Assembly (NCBI RefSeq): GCF_050320075.1
Contig: NZ_CP190018.1
Length of the DNA stretch: 64,000 nucleotides
Origin: Escherichia coli
GTDB taxonomy: Bacteria; Pseudomonadota; Gammaproteobacteria; Enterobacterales; Enterobacteriaceae
Strand: one strand, 5' to 3'
This document shows positions 1 through 10,756 of the stretch, piece by piece (the first letter of the stretch is position 1; each line of letters starts with the position of its first letter). Made by a program: the position numbers and the translations under genes. The notes below the pieces were generated by a model. That model ran no database searches. It saw only the letters and a program-made list of their open reading frames with translations, and was not told the origin of the DNA.

Positions 1-287
1 GTTTTGCCGCCTGTATGGATTCATCAAATGAATATAAAAAAATCAGCCCCCTTCTGCGCAAGGGCGAAAATGAAATTAACCAATGGGCTGACCGTCATTC
101 TGTTGAGCGCGCTACCGTTCAGGCGATACAATGGCTGACCCGAGCACCCGATCGCTTTAGCGCCGCCCAGTTCAGCCCTTTACTCGAACACGAAAAATCA
201 TCAACGCAGATTATTAATCTGCTGGTATGGAGCGGGCTGTGTGGCTGGATAAATCGCTTAGAAATCGCGTTGGGTGAGACATATTAA
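1..287 (+). CDS. yciW: 3' portion of an uncharacterised CMD-family-like protein; the 5' end lies outside the window
   Basis: Open frame runs from the window edge (in frame with ORF 15..287) and sits immediately upstream of rnb as in the E. coli map. Gene identity is from position and memory, not from a domain match. Confidence 0.45.
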   Translation, partial: FAACMDSSNEYKKISPLLRKGENEINQWADRHSVERATVQAIQWLTRAPDRFSAAQFSPLLEHEKSSTQIINLLVWSGLCGWINRLEIALGETY

Positions 288-354
288 CCTTGCCGCGTCA
301 GACAGATTCGCGTAAAACTGTCAGCCGCTCTAATGGCCACCAAAATAGACAATT

Positions 355-2289
355 ATGTTTCAGGACAACCCGCTGCTAGCGCAGCTTAAACAGCAACTGC
401 ATTCCCAGACGCCACGCGCTGAAGGGGTGGTAAAAGCCACAGAAAAAGGCTTTGGCTTCCTGGAAGTCGACGCGCAAAAAAGTTATTTCATTCCGCCGCC
501 GCAGATGAAAAAAGTCATGCATGGCGACCGAATTATCGCGGTTATCCACAGTGAAAAAGAACGTGAATCCGCAGAGCCAGAAGAACTGGTTGAACCGTTC
601 CTGACTCGTTTCGTGGGTAAAGTTCAGGGCAAAAATGACCGTCTGGCCATCGTTCCTGATCATCCACTCTTAAAAGACGCCATTCCTTGCCGCGCAGCCC
701 GTGGCCTGAACCACGAGTTTAAAGAAGGCGACTGGGCAGTTGCCGAAATGCGCCGCCATCCGCTGAAAGGCGATCGTTCTTTCTATGCTGAACTGACACA
801 ATACATCACTTTTGGTGACGACCACTTTGTACCGTGGTGGGTTACCCTTGCGCGCCATAATCTGGAAAAAGAAGCACCAGACGGCGTCGCTACCGAAATG
901 CTCGATGAAGGTCTGGTTCGTGAAGATCTGACCGCGCTGGATTTTGTCACCATCGACAGTGCCAGCACAGAAGATATGGATGACGCCCTTTTCGCTAAGG
1001 CGTTGCCGGATGGCAAACTTCAGCTGATTGTGGCGATTGCCGATCCAACCGCGTGGATTGCTGAAGGCAGCAAGCTGGACAAAGCCGCGAAAATTCGCGC
1101 ATTCACCAACTATCTGCCTGGCTTCAACATCCCTATGCTGCCTCGCGAGCTTTCTGACGATCTCTGCTCACTGCGCGCCAATGAAGTCCGCCCGGTACTG
1201 GCATGCCGCATGACGCTCTCCGCTGATGGCACCATTGAAGATAATATCGAATTCTTTGCTGCCACCATCGAATCCAAAGCGAAGCTGGTGTATGACCTGG
1301 TTTCTGACTGGCTGGAAAATACCGGTGACTGGAAGCCTGAAAGTGAAGCAATTGCCGAACAAGTCCGTTTGTTAGCGCAAATTTGCCAACGCCGCGGCGA
1401 GTGGCGTCATAACCACGCACTGGTATTTAAAGATCGCCCGGATTACCGCTTTATTCTCGGTGAAAAAGGTGAAGTGCTGGATATCGTCGCCGAGCCTCGT
1501 CGCATTGCCAATCGTATCGTCGAAGAAGCGATGATTGCCGCTAACATTTGTGCGGCCCGCGTACTGCGCGATAAGCTCGGTTTTGGCATCTATAACGTGC
1601 ATATGGGCTTTGATCCGGCGAATGCCGACGCGCTGGCAGCGTTGCTGAAAACCCACGGTCTGCATATCGATGCCGAAGAAGTGCTCACGCTGGACGGTTT
1701 CTGCAAACTGCGTCGTGAACTGGATGCGCAACCAACTGGTTTCCTCGACAGCCGCATTCGTCGCTTCCAGTCATTTGCTGAAATTAGCACTGAACCCGGT
1801 CCTCACTTTGGCCTCGGTCTGGAGGCATACGCCACCTGGACTTCGCCGATCCGTAAATATGGCGACATGATCAACCACCGTCTGCTGAAAGCGGTTATCA
1901 AAGGCGAAACTGCGACGCGTCCGCAGGATGAAATCACTGTCCAAATGGCCGAGCGTCGCCGTCTCAACCGAATGGCAGAACGTGATGTTGGCGACTGGTT
2001 ATACGCACGCTTCCTGAAAGACAAAGCCGGGTCCGACACCCGTTTCGCGGCGGAAATTGTCGATATCAGCCGTGGCGGCATGCGTGTGCGTTTGGTTGAT
2101 AACGGCGCTATTGCCTTTATTCCGGCACCTTTCTTACACGCTGTGCGCGATGAACTGGTTTGCAGCCAGGAAAACGGCACTGTACAAATTAAAGGTGAAA
2201 CGGCTTACAAAGTGACTGACGTTATTGACGTCACCATTGCCGAAGTCCGCATGGAAACCCGCAGCATTATTGCGCGCCCGGTCGCGTAA
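355..2289 (+). CDS. rnb: Exoribonuclease II (RNase II), 644 aa
   Basis: ORF of 644 aa with the N-terminus [20 protein letters not shown]; length matches E. coli RNase II. Followed by a hairpin terminator. Confidence 0.95.
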   Translation: MFQDNPLLAQLKQQLHSQTPRAEGVVKATEKGFGFLEVDAQKSYFIPPPQMKKVMHGDRIIAVIHSEKERESAEPEELVEPFLTRFVGKVQGKNDRLAIVPDHPLLKDAIPCRAARGLNHEFKEGDWAVAEMRRHPLKGDRSFYAELTQYITFGDDHFVPWWVTLARHNLEKEAPDGVATEMLDEGLVREDLTALDFVTIDSASTEDMDDALFAKALPDGKLQLIVAIADPTAWIAEGSKLDKAAKIRAFTNYLPGFNIPMLPRELSDDLCSLRANEVRPVLACRMTLSADGTIEDNIEFFAATIESKAKLVYDLVSDWLENTGDWKPESEAIAEQVRLLAQICQRRGEWRHNHALVFKDRPDYRFILGEKGEVLDIVAEPRRIANRIVEEAMIAANICAARVLRDKLGFGIYNVHMGFDPANADALAALLKTHGLHIDAEEVLTLDGFCKLRRELDAQPTGFLDSRIRRFQSFAEISTEPGPHFGLGLEAYATWTSPIRKYGDMINHRLLKAVIKGETATRPQDEITVQMAERRRLNRMAERDVGDWLYARFLKDKAGSDTRFAAEIVDISRGGMRVRLVDNGAIAFIPAPFLHAVRDELVCSQENGTVQIKGETAYKVTDVIDVTIAEVRMETRSIIARPVA

Positions 2290-2299
2290 TCTCCTTTCA

Positions 2300-2331
2300 C
2301 GGCCCATTCCTCATGAATGGGCCGTTTATTT
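2300..2331 (+). terminator. Rho-independent terminator after rnb
   Basis: GC hairpin cggcccattcctcatgaatgggccg followed by tttattt. Confidence 0.55.
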
Positions 2332-2523
2332 CCCCGCTCCACCTTCGTCATATCCCGGCAGATTTTTAACTGACTTTCGTTTGAAAACTGGCGTTTTTCC
2401 AAAACTGGATTACAAATAAATATATAAAAAAAACAATGCGTTTAGCCGCCGTTAATTTCATGTAAGTCATGTTGTTCCTTTTATTTAACCGCGGACTCCG
2501 CTGTTAACCGGAGGATATGCATC

Positions 2524-4509
2524 ATGAAAACCGTTAGGGAGTCCACAACGTTGTACAACTTTCTCGGATCGCACAATCCATACTGGCGGTTAACGGAAAG
2601 CAGCGATGTTTTGCGCTTTTCTACCACCGAAACCACAGAACCTGAACGTACGTTGCAGTTATCTGCCGAACAGGCTGCTCGCATCAGGGAAATGACAGTC
2701 ATCACTTCCAGTCTGATGATGAGTCTGACCGTCGATGAAAGCGATCTTTCTGTGCATCTGGTAGGACGAAAAATCAATAAACGGGAATGGGCTGGCAACG
2801 CGTCGGCATGGCATGACACACCGGCGGTTGCTCGTGATTTATCACACGGGCTTTCCTTTGCTGAGCAGGTAGTTTCTGAAGCACATTCCGCAATAGTGAT
2901 TCTCGACAGTCGGGGGAATATCCAGCGCTTCAATCGGTTATGTGAAGATTACACAGGGTTGAAAGAACACGACGTCATTGGGCAAAGCGTGTTTAAACTG
3001 TTTATGAGCCGTCGTGAAGCTGCGGCATCCAGGCGCAATAACCGTGTATTTTTTCGAAGCGGCAATGCATATGAAGTCGAACTGTGGATACCAACACGTA
3101 AAGGCCAGCGGCTGTTTCTGTTTCGCAATAAATTTGTCCACAGCGGCAGTGGCAAAAACGAGATTTTTTTAATCTGTTCCGGCACCGACATTACCGAAGA
3201 GCGCCGCGCTCAGGAGCGACTGCGCATTCTGGCAAATACCGACAGTATCACCGGACTGCCGAATCGTAACGCAATGCAGGAGTTAATCGATCACGCTATT
3301 AATCAGGCAGATAACAATAAAGTTGGGGTTGTGTATCTTGATTTGGATAATTTTAAAAAGGTCAACGACGCCTATGGGCATTTGTTTGGTGACCAGCTAT
3401 TACGCGACGTGTCATTGGCCATTTTAAGCTGTCTGGAGCATGACCAGGTTTTGGCGCGTCCAGGTGGCGATGAGTTTCTGGTACTGGCATCCAATACCTC
3501 ACAAAGCGCGCTGGAAGCAATGGCATCACGAATTTTGACTCGCTTACGACTCCCCTTCCGCATTGGTTTAATTGAAGTTTATACCAGCTGTTCAGTGGGT
3601 ATTTCACTCTCTCCCGAACATGGTTCGGACAGCGCGGCTATTATTCGTCACGCCGACACAGCAATGTACACAGCGAAGGAAGGCGGACGAGGACAATTTT
3701 GCGTTTTTACTCCAGAAATGAATCAGCGGGTATTTGAATATCTCTGGCTGGATACCAACTTGCGTAAAGCACTGGAAAACGATCAGTTGGTTATTCACTA
3801 TCAACCGAAAATCACCTGGCGTGGCGAAGTGCGCAGTCTGGAAGCTCTAGTACGTTGGCAGTCAACTGAACGTGGGTTGATTCCACCGTTGGACTTCATT
3901 TCCTACGCCGAAGAGTCAGGGCTCATTGTGCCTTTAGGCCGTTGGGTGATTCTCGATGTCGTACGCCAGGTGGCAAAGTGGCGGGATAAAGGTATTAACC
4001 TGCGAGTGGCGGTAAACATTTCTGCACGTCAGCTCGCCGATCAAACCATTTTCACCGCCCTGAAACAGGTTCTCCAGGAACTCAATTTTGAATACTGCCC
4101 TATTGATGTTGAACTGACGGAGAGCTGCCTGATTGAGAATGATGAACTGGCACTTTCTGTTATTCAACAATTTAGCCAACTAGGTGCGCAAGTGCATCTG
4201 GACGATTTTGGTACCGGCTACTCTTCACTTTCGCAACTGGCGCGCTTTCCGATCGATGCGATTAAACTTGACCAGGTTTTTGTTCGAGATATTCACAAAC
4301 AACCTGTATCGCAGTCGCTAGTCCGGACGATCGTCGCTGTGGCCCAGGCATTGAATCTTCAGGTGATCGCTGAAGGTGTGGAGAGTAAAAAGGAAGATGC
4401 TTTTTTAACCAAGAACGGGATCAATGAGCGGCAAGGATTTTTGTTTGCCAAACCGATGCCCGCCGTCGCCTTCGAACGTTGGTATAAACGCTATCTGAAG
4501 CGCGCATAA
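2524..4509 (+). CDS. pdeR: Cyclic-di-GMP phosphodiesterase with PAS, GGDEF and EAL domains, 661 aa
   Basis: 661 aa ORF containing RPGGDEFLVL (GGDEF motif) and EALVRW (EAL motif); the position after rnb matches yciR/gmr/pdeR. Confidence 0.9.
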   Translation: MKTVRESTTLYNFLGSHNPYWRLTESSDVLRFSTTETTEPERTLQLSAEQAARIREMTVITSSLMMSLTVDESDLSVHLVGRKINKREWAGNASAWHDTPAVARDLSHGLSFAEQVVSEAHSAIVILDSRGNIQRFNRLCEDYTGLKEHDVIGQSVFKLFMSRREAAASRRNNRVFFRSGNAYEVELWIPTRKGQRLFLFRNKFVHSGSGKNEIFLICSGTDITEERRAQERLRILANTDSITGLPNRNAMQELIDHAINQADNNKVGVVYLDLDNFKKVNDAYGHLFGDQLLRDVSLAILSCLEHDQVLARPGGDEFLVLASNTSQSALEAMASRILTRLRLPFRIGLIEVYTSCSVGISLSPEHGSDSAAIIRHADTAMYTAKEGGRGQFCVFTPEMNQRVFEYLWLDTNLRKALENDQLVIHYQPKITWRGEVRSLEALVRWQSTERGLIPPLDFISYAEESGLIVPLGRWVILDVVRQVAKWRDKGINLRVAVNISARQLADQTIFTALKQVLQELNFEYCPIDVELTESCLIENDELALSVIQQFSQLGAQVHLDDFGTGYSSLSQLARFPIDAIKLDQVFVRDIHKQPVSQSLVRTIVAVAQALNLQVIAEGVESKKEDAFLTKNGINERQGFLFAKPMPAVAFERWYKRYLKRA

Positions 4510-4655
4510 GTAGATGAATATATATACTTAGCGATATATTCCGTCATTATATATCGTATTACTGGATGATAATTAGCCGTTGCTGTTAAACACTTCTCTT
4601 TTAGCGGCAATTTTTGCATTATTCCTTTTCCACTTTTGCTATAAGGATGTCCTTG

Positions 4656-4829
4656 ATGTCTGAATTTGATGCCCAGCGCGTTGCCGAACGTATTGATATT
4701 GTGTTAGATATCCTTGTGGCAGGCGATTACCACTCTGCGATCCATAATCTCGAGATACTTAAAGCAGAACTCTTGCGCCAGGTTGCTGAATCTACGCCAG
4801 ACATCCCGAAGGCACCGTGGGAGATTTAA
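4656..4829 (+). CDS. yciZ: UPF0509 small protein YciZ, 57 aa
   Basis: ORF 4614..4829 trimmed to the internal Met that gives [18 protein letters not shown], matching the remembered 57-aa YciZ. Confidence 0.7.
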
Positions 4830-4918
4830 CAATCGTGCCTTCAGGTTTTCCTATTTGAGGATGCCCGGCGCGTCAGTATTTTTTTATTTAGTATTATAAC
4901 GTTATAAGAATTACAGCG

Positions 4919-5668
4919 ATGAATTCCCGACAACAAACAATTCTACAGATGGTCATTGACCAGGGTCAGGTTAGCGTAACCGATCTGGCAAAAGCCACTG
5001 GAGTTTCTGAAGTTACCATTCGCCAGGATCTCAACACCCTCGAAAAACTGAGTTACCTCCGCCGTGCACATGGCTTTGCAGTATCGCTTGATAGTGATGA
5101 CGTCGAAACTCGTATGATGAGCAACTATACGCTGAAGCGTGAACTCGCCGAGTTTGCCGCGTCACTGGTTCAACCGGGCGAAACCATCTTTATCGAAAAT
5201 GGCAGCAGCAATGCCCTGCTCGCCCGGACTCTGGGCGAGCAGAAGAAAAATGTCACTATCATCACGGTCAGCAGCTACATCGCGCATTTGCTGAAAGACG
5301 CGCCTTGTGAAGTTATTTTGCTCGGTGGCGTGTACCAGAAAAATAGCGAAAGTATGGTTGGTCCTTTGACACGCCAGTGCATCCAACAGGTGCATTTCAG
5401 CAAAGCATTTATTGGTATTGATGGCTGGCAACCTGAAACTGGGTTTACCGGTCGCGATATGATGCGTACCGATGTGGTCAATGCCGTGCTGGAAAAAGAG
5501 TGCGAAGCGATAGTCCTGACTGACAGCTCGAAATTTGGTGCTGTACATTCATACTCCATCGGCCCCGTTGAGCGATTCAATCGCGTGATTACCGATTCGA
5601 AAATACGCGCCAGCGATCTGATGCATCTTGAGCACAGTAAACTCACCGTTCACGTCGTTGACATTTAA
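4919..5668 (+). CDS. yciT: DeoR-family transcriptional regulator (DeoT), 249 aa
   Basis: 249 aa ORF with an N-terminal HTH ([21 protein letters not shown]) and a sugar-phosphate-binding DeoR C-terminal domain. Confidence 0.85.
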   Translation: MNSRQQTILQMVIDQGQVSVTDLAKATGVSEVTIRQDLNTLEKLSYLRRAHGFAVSLDSDDVETRMMSNYTLKRELAEFAASLVQPGETIFIENGSSNALLARTLGEQKKNVTIITVSSYIAHLLKDAPCEVILLGGVYQKNSESMVGPLTRQCIQQVHFSKAFIGIDGWQPETGFTGRDMMRTDVVNAVLEKECEAIVLTDSSKFGAVHSYSIGPVERFNRVITDSKIRASDLMHLEHSKLTVHVVDI

Positions 5669-5936
5669 CCATTTCCCTTCTCTACGGATGATTTGCTGTT
5701 TTGCAAATCATCCGCTCTAAGATGATTCCTGGTTGATAATTAAGACTATTTACCTGTTATTAACACTCTCAAGATATAAAATTATTATCAGCGATATAAC
5801 AGGAAGTCATTATCACCTGCGTGATATAACCCTGCGCGCGAGCGGATTTCACGGAATAATTTCACCAGGCTTATTCTTAGCTATTATAGTTATAGTGAGC
5901 TTACTTCCGTGAATCATAAATTCAGGAGAGAGTATT

Positions 5937-6155
5937 ATGTTTGTAACGAGCAAAAAAATGACCGCGGCTGTTCTGGCAATTACCCTGGCAATGTCTCTGA
6001 GTGCCTGTTCTAACTGGTCTAAACGAGACCGTAACACCGCAATTGGCGCGGGTGCAGGTGCATTAGGCGGTGCAGTACTGACCGATGGCAGTACGCTGGG
6101 TACATTAGGTGGTGCTGCCGTCGGTGGTGTTATTGGTCACCAGGTCGGTAAATAA
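5937..6155 (+). CDS. osmB: Osmotically inducible lipoprotein B, 72 aa
   Basis: Lipoprotein signal peptide with lipobox LSAC, followed by a Gly-rich body (GAGAGALGGAV...); length 72 aa. Confidence 0.9.
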   Translation: MFVTSKKMTAAVLAITLAMSLSACSNWSKRDRNTAIGAGAGALGGAVLTDGSTLGTLGGAAVGGVIGHQVGK

Positions 6156-6280
6156 TCGTAAATAAATGTCGATTATCGACTCGCAATTATAATACGCTTG
6201 ATTCTGTTCAGTACGAAATAACTGAATAATACACACAGTAAAATATTCGAAAGCCACGGATATATCCGTGGCTTTTTATG

Positions 6281-6607
6281 TTAACCGCCTGCGAGTTTTA
6301 CCTTCATCCCTTTCGCTTCAAGTAGTGATTTTAATAAATCACGCTTATCGCCCTGGATTTCAATAACTCCATCTTTAACTGCTCCGCCGCAGCCGCATTT
6401 TTTCTTCAGTTCCGCTGCAAGTTTTGTCAGTTCGGCATCATCGAGATCGACACCGGTAATCAAGCAAACGCCCTTACCTTTACGTCCACTGGTCTGACGC
6501 TGAATACGCACCACACCGTCGCCTTTAGGGCGTACAGGGGCCGCTTTTGGCTCATCAATACGTCCGGTTTCCGTTGAGTAGACCAGACGGCTGTTGGAAT
6601 CACTCAT
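6281..6607 (-). CDS. yciH: SUI1/eIF1-like translation factor YciH, 108 aa (109 aa if the upstream ATG at 6610 is used)
   Basis: ORF 6281..6610; SDSNSRLVYSTETGR matches YciH. Two adjacent ATG codons; the first overlaps the pyrF stop as ATGA. Confidence 0.85.
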   Translation of the reverse strand: MSDSNSRLVYSTETGRIDEPKAAPVRPKGDGVVRIQRQTSGRKGKGVCLITGVDLDDAELTKLAAELKKKCGCGGAVKDGVIEIQGDKRDLLKSLLEAKGMKVKLAGG

Positions 6608-7344
6608 CATGCACTCCGCTGTAAAGAGGCGTTGATCGCTTTCAGCGTCTGCGCTGGATCTACCGATTGCGTTATCGGGCGACCAATCACCATATAATCA
6701 ACACCAGCCGCCGACGCCTGTTCTGGCGTCATAATGCGGCGCTGGTCACCAGCTTCACTCCCCTGCGGACGAATGCCCGGCGTAACCAGTTTGAACTCCT
6801 GACCAAATACCTGTTTAAAGCGCGCAGCTTCCTGAGCAGAACACACCACACCATCAAGGCCACATTTTTGCGTCAGTGCTGCCAGACGTTCTGCATAATC
6901 TGCAGGTGACAGTGTCACGCCAAGATCGGCCAGGTCGCTGGCTTCCATGCTGGTCAATACTGTCACAGCAATCAAAAGCGGTGCATCTTTGCCAAACGGC
7001 ACCAGTGCCTCACGCGCTGCGGTCATCATACGCGCCCCACCGGAGGCATGAACATTCACCATCCACACGCCTAAGTCAGCTGCAGCAGCGACAGCGTGCG
7101 CTGCAGTGTTGGGAATATCGTGAAATTTCAGGTCGAGGAAGATATCAAAACCCCGTTGTTGAAGTTCGCGTACAAATTGAGGTCCAAACAGCGTAAACAT
7201 CTCTTTGCCGACTTTCAGACGACAATCGCGTGGGTCGATCTTGTCGACAAAGGCCAGCGCGTCATCACGATTATGATAATCAAGGGCAACAACCACAGGA
7301 GAATTCGTAACAGCGCGGGAAGAAGATGAAGCAGTTAACGTCAT
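6607..7344 (-). CDS. pyrF: Orotidine-5'-phosphate decarboxylase, 245 aa
   Basis: ORF trimmed to [25 protein letters not shown]; OMP decarboxylase family; length 245 aa. Confidence 0.9.
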   Translation of the reverse strand: MTLTASSSSRAVTNSPVVVALDYHNRDDALAFVDKIDPRDCRLKVGKEMFTLFGPQFVRELQQRGFDIFLDLKFHDIPNTAAHAVAAAADLGVWMVNVHASGGARMMTAAREALVPFGKDAPLLIAVTVLTSMEASDLADLGVTLSPADYAERLAALTQKCGLDGVVCSAQEAARFKQVFGQEFKLVTPGIRPQGSEAGDQRRIMTPEQASAAGVDYMVIGRPITQSVDPAQTLKAINASLQRSA

Positions 7345-7535
7345 GACCAGACCTTCTTGATGATGGGCACCGGAAGTGGCGCGAAACAGGTAAACGGCGA
7401 GCATTCTACCCGTGGAAATAAAAAATTAACAGTTGCGATTTCTCCCCTGGCAGGCTTTTCTGCGCCTGAGTTACCGGAGCACAATGGAACATCAACAATT
7501 AGTATGTTGTAACTAAAGTCGGATTTTTTTAAAAA

Positions 7536-8705
7536 TTACAGGCCATCAAGACCGCGAATCGGTTTAATGGTTGACCAGGCCCGACAAGACGGACAATGCC
7601 AGTAGAGAGCGTATGCGGTAAAACCACATTTCTGGCAGCGATAACGAGGCTTACTACGCACCTTCTCGCCAACCATGTCACGCAGCACCATCAGACTCTC
7701 TTTGGCACGCCCTTCTTCCGCTTCATTTAAGTGGTAATCCATAAGCTTATGGAACACACGCATGGTCGGATGACGCTGAAGCTGACGCGTAATATAGACC
7801 TGTGCGGCCTCACTACCGTCGCGCGCTTCGATGATGTCCGCAAGCATCAGTTCAGCATCGGCACCGGTGTTCTCTTCCACCGCGCGCTGCAGGAACTCTG
7901 CCCATTCGGCAGTTTTACCCAACTGCTGGTAGCAGGTTTGCAGCATTTCCAGCGTTTCGCTGACCAGTTCTCTGTCCTGGGATATCACGCGTTGCAGACT
8001 TTCGACGGCTTTGGCGTATTCTCCTTTCGCCATAAATACGCGTCCCATCATGATGGATACGCGGGCGCTGTTTTTATCTGCCGCCGCACCTTTTTTTAAC
8101 AAGGCCATGGCACGATCGAGATCGTCGCTGGCCATATGCTGCAGGGCTAACTCACAGTAGAAATGGGCAATTTCGACGCGCTGTTTATCTTTACCCAGCT
8201 TCACCAGGCGTTCGGCAACATCAATTGCTTTCTGCCACTCGCTGGTAGCCTGGTAGATTTGTAGCAACTGTTGCAGCGCGCCAATGCGGAAGTCAGTTTC
8301 ATCGGTCAGCTGATTGAACATGTCTTCCGCGCGGTCGTATAACCCGGCGGCCATGTAATCACGCCCCAGTTGTTGAATCGCCAACAGACGCTGTTCATAG
8401 GTCAGCGAGGCGCTTTCCATTAGGGTCTGATGGATGCGAATAGCGCGATCAACTTCGCCACGCGAACGGAACAGGTTTCCGAGCGTAAGGTGGGCTTCAA
8501 CGGTACCCGTATCCTCTTTAAGCATATCGAGAAACAGGTCTACCGCTTTATCCTGTTGATTACTAAGCAGAAAGTTAACCCCCGCTACGTAATCACGCGA
8601 CAAGCGGTTGGCTTCATCTTGCTTGTTTTGTTGCGCACTTCTGCGGCCCATATACCAGCCATAGGCAGCGGCTACAGGCAAAAGCAGAAACAACAACTCC
8701 AGCAT
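7536..8705 (-). CDS. lapB: LPS assembly protein LapB (TPR repeats plus C-terminal rubredoxin-like zinc finger), 389 aa
   Basis: 389 aa; N-terminal TM helix, TPR-like repeats, C-terminal CQKCGFTAYALYWHCPSC metal-binding motif. Confidence 0.9.
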   Translation of the reverse strand: MLELLFLLLPVAAAYGWYMGRRSAQQNKQDEANRLSRDYVAGVNFLLSNQQDKAVDLFLDMLKEDTGTVEAHLTLGNLFRSRGEVDRAIRIHQTLMESASLTYEQRLLAIQQLGRDYMAAGLYDRAEDMFNQLTDETDFRIGALQQLLQIYQATSEWQKAIDVAERLVKLGKDKQRVEIAHFYCELALQHMASDDLDRAMALLKKGAAADKNSARVSIMMGRVFMAKGEYAKAVESLQRVISQDRELVSETLEMLQTCYQQLGKTAEWAEFLQRAVEENTGADAELMLADIIEARDGSEAAQVYITRQLQRHPTMRVFHKLMDYHLNEAEEGRAKESLMVLRDMVGEKVRSKPRYRCQKCGFTAYALYWHCPSCRAWSTIKPIRGLDGL

Positions 8706-8711
8706 AGAAAG

Positions 8712-9020
8712 TTATTCCTTCGCCGCTGACGAATGCGGCGCTACAGCCACGTCAGTCGCGGGTGAAAGCTGGTTTTCCAGTCGCTTTATTTTACGTTCAG
8801 CGCGCGCCAGGGAAACACGAACTCGCAGCCAGAACAGACCGCAAATCAGCCAACCGATAGCAAACCCCGCAGCAAACAATACCGCCAGCAATGTGGAAAT
8901 ACGGTACTCCCCTTGCGCTAACAGATAATTAAACGTCACCTGTTGATCGTTCTGCGCACCTAACGTGACCGAAATCACGAAGATCGCTAACACCAGTAAG
9001 AAAATGAGTAAATATTTCAC
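8712..9020 (-). CDS. lapA: LPS assembly protein LapA (YciS), 102 aa inner-membrane protein
   Basis: 102 aa ORF with two hydrophobic helices, immediately upstream of lapB on the same strand. Confidence 0.85.
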   Translation of the reverse strand: MKYLLIFLLVLAIFVISVTLGAQNDQQVTFNYLLAQGEYRISTLLAVLFAAGFAIGWLICGLFWLRVRVSLARAERKIKRLENQLSPATDVAVAPHSSAAKE

Positions 9021-9168
9021 ATTACTTCCCGTTATGTGGTTAGAGCGAATAAATTATGGTCAACTTACCGCAATAGCCCTTTAAAGTACCATTTTCGCGC
9101 CGTCTGCGAAATGGCATCCACGCGCATTGTTGATGATTTAAGGGCTAAATTCGGAAAATCAACCAGCG

Positions 9169-9933
9169 TTAACTTTCTTGTTCTCGTTGTGCAATTTCGC
9201 GATTTTCTTCCACAGGTGGTGTTAATGGCCCACAAATTCGTTGCGCAAGCCACGTTGCCACCGCCACCAGCGCCCACGAAATCAACGTAGCTACCACCAG
9301 ATCGCGTGGCCAATGCATCCCGAGCAGCAGGCGGCTTCCCATGACTCCCGTTGCCCAGACCAACAAGATAGCAATGGTTAACGTTCGACGACGCGGCCAC
9401 AGCAAACCAACGGCCAGCAGAGCCCAACTGGCAGCAAACATCGTGTGACCGGAAGGAAAGGCAAACCCCGTCTCTTTTTGCCAGTGTGAACGCAAATATT
9501 GTGGGATATTTTTCTCTTCAGCCAACTGTTCTTTCACTAGATTTCCGCGTTCTGCTCGCTTTAAAGTGTAGAACTCATCAACCGGAATATGATGTATTTT
9601 TTCCAGCCAGATAACAAAAGGTCGTGGTTCCTGGACTTTGTCTTTGATCCAGGATTTAACTCCTTGTCCCACAAGGATTGCCGCCGCCAGAATGGCAAAT
9701 AACATAATGGCAGCCTTAATGCGAAAACGCAGACACCAGAGAAACCAGCCGAATAAAATCAAATGTGTAATGACGCCCCAGGGCTGGGTGACAGTTTCAG
9801 TAACCCAAAAAGCCGCTTTTAGTAGCCAACTTTGTTCTCCAGGTTGCCAACGCCAGCCAGAAATCCATACGGCTACTGGCATAACAAGCAATAGTGCAGC
9901 TCCCACTGCGGTACGTCTGGCAATCGAACGCAT
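9169..9933 (-). CDS. pgpB: Phosphatidylglycerophosphatase B (PAP2 family), 254 aa
   Basis: 254 aa multi-pass membrane ORF with PAP2 motifs (PSGHTM, SRLLLGMHWPRD). Confidence 0.9.
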   Translation of the reverse strand: MRSIARRTAVGAALLLVMPVAVWISGWRWQPGEQSWLLKAAFWVTETVTQPWGVITHLILFGWFLWCLRFRIKAAIMLFAILAAAILVGQGVKSWIKDKVQEPRPFVIWLEKIHHIPVDEFYTLKRAERGNLVKEQLAEEKNIPQYLRSHWQKETGFAFPSGHTMFAASWALLAVGLLWPRRRTLTIAILLVWATGVMGSRLLLGMHWPRDLVVATLISWALVAVATWLAQRICGPLTPPVEENREIAQREQES

Positions 9934-10102
9934 GGCCTCTCCTTTTTGATAAGTCCCACAATCATAACTGAAAATGCCAGTTCCAGGAAAAATTGACAGA
10001 TTTGTGCCATTCCGTGAACGATCGACGCGTCGTGATTAGGTGAACCCCTTCTCGTTATGGCAAAATAAGCCAATACAGAACCAGCATTATCTGGAGAATT
10101 TC

Positions 10103-10693
10103 ATGCAGCTTAAACGTGTGGCAGAAGCCAAACTGCCAACCCCATGGGGCGATTTCCTGATGGTGGGATTTGAAGAACTGGCAACCGGACACGATCATGT
10201 CGCGCTAGTCTATGGCGATATTTCCGGGCATACCCCGGTACTTGCGCGCGTCCATTCCGAATGTCTGACCGGTGACGCCCTGTTCAGCTTGCGCTGCGAT
10301 TGTGGCTTCCAGCTCGAAGCGGCACTGACGCAAATTGCCGAAGAAGGCCGTGGTATTTTGCTGTATCACCGTCAGGAAGGTCGTAACATTGGTCTGCTGA
10401 ATAAAATCCGCGCTTATGCACTGCAGGATCAAGGTTACGATACCGTAGAGGCTAACCACCAGTTAGGCTTCGCCGCTGATGAGCGCGACTTCACTCTTTG
10501 CGCTGATATGTTCAAACTCCTTGGCGTCAATGAAGTCCGCTTGTTAACCAATAACCCGAAAAAAGTCGAAATTCTGACCGAAGCAGGGATTAATATTGTT
10601 GAACGCGTACCGTTGATTGTAGGTCGTAACCCCAATAACGAACATTATCTCGATACCAAAGCCGAGAAAATGGGTCATTTGCTGAACAAATAA
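10103..10693 (+). CDS. ribA: GTP cyclohydrolase II, 196 aa
   Basis: ORF 10040..10693 trimmed to the ATG at 10103 giving [18 protein letters not shown]; zinc-binding [15 protein letters not shown] motif. Confidence 0.9.
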
Positions 10694-10716
10694 CCCTCTT
10701 GCATTGTGTAATTCAT

Positions 10717-10750
10717 TTGCTTGCCGGAAGCAAAATAACCGGCAAGCAAA
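10717..10750. terminator. Bidirectional hairpin terminator between convergent ribA and acnA
   Basis: Inverted repeat tttgcttgccgg ... ccggcaagcaaa flanked by A/T tracts. Confidence 0.5.
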
Positions 10751-10756
10751 TACTCG

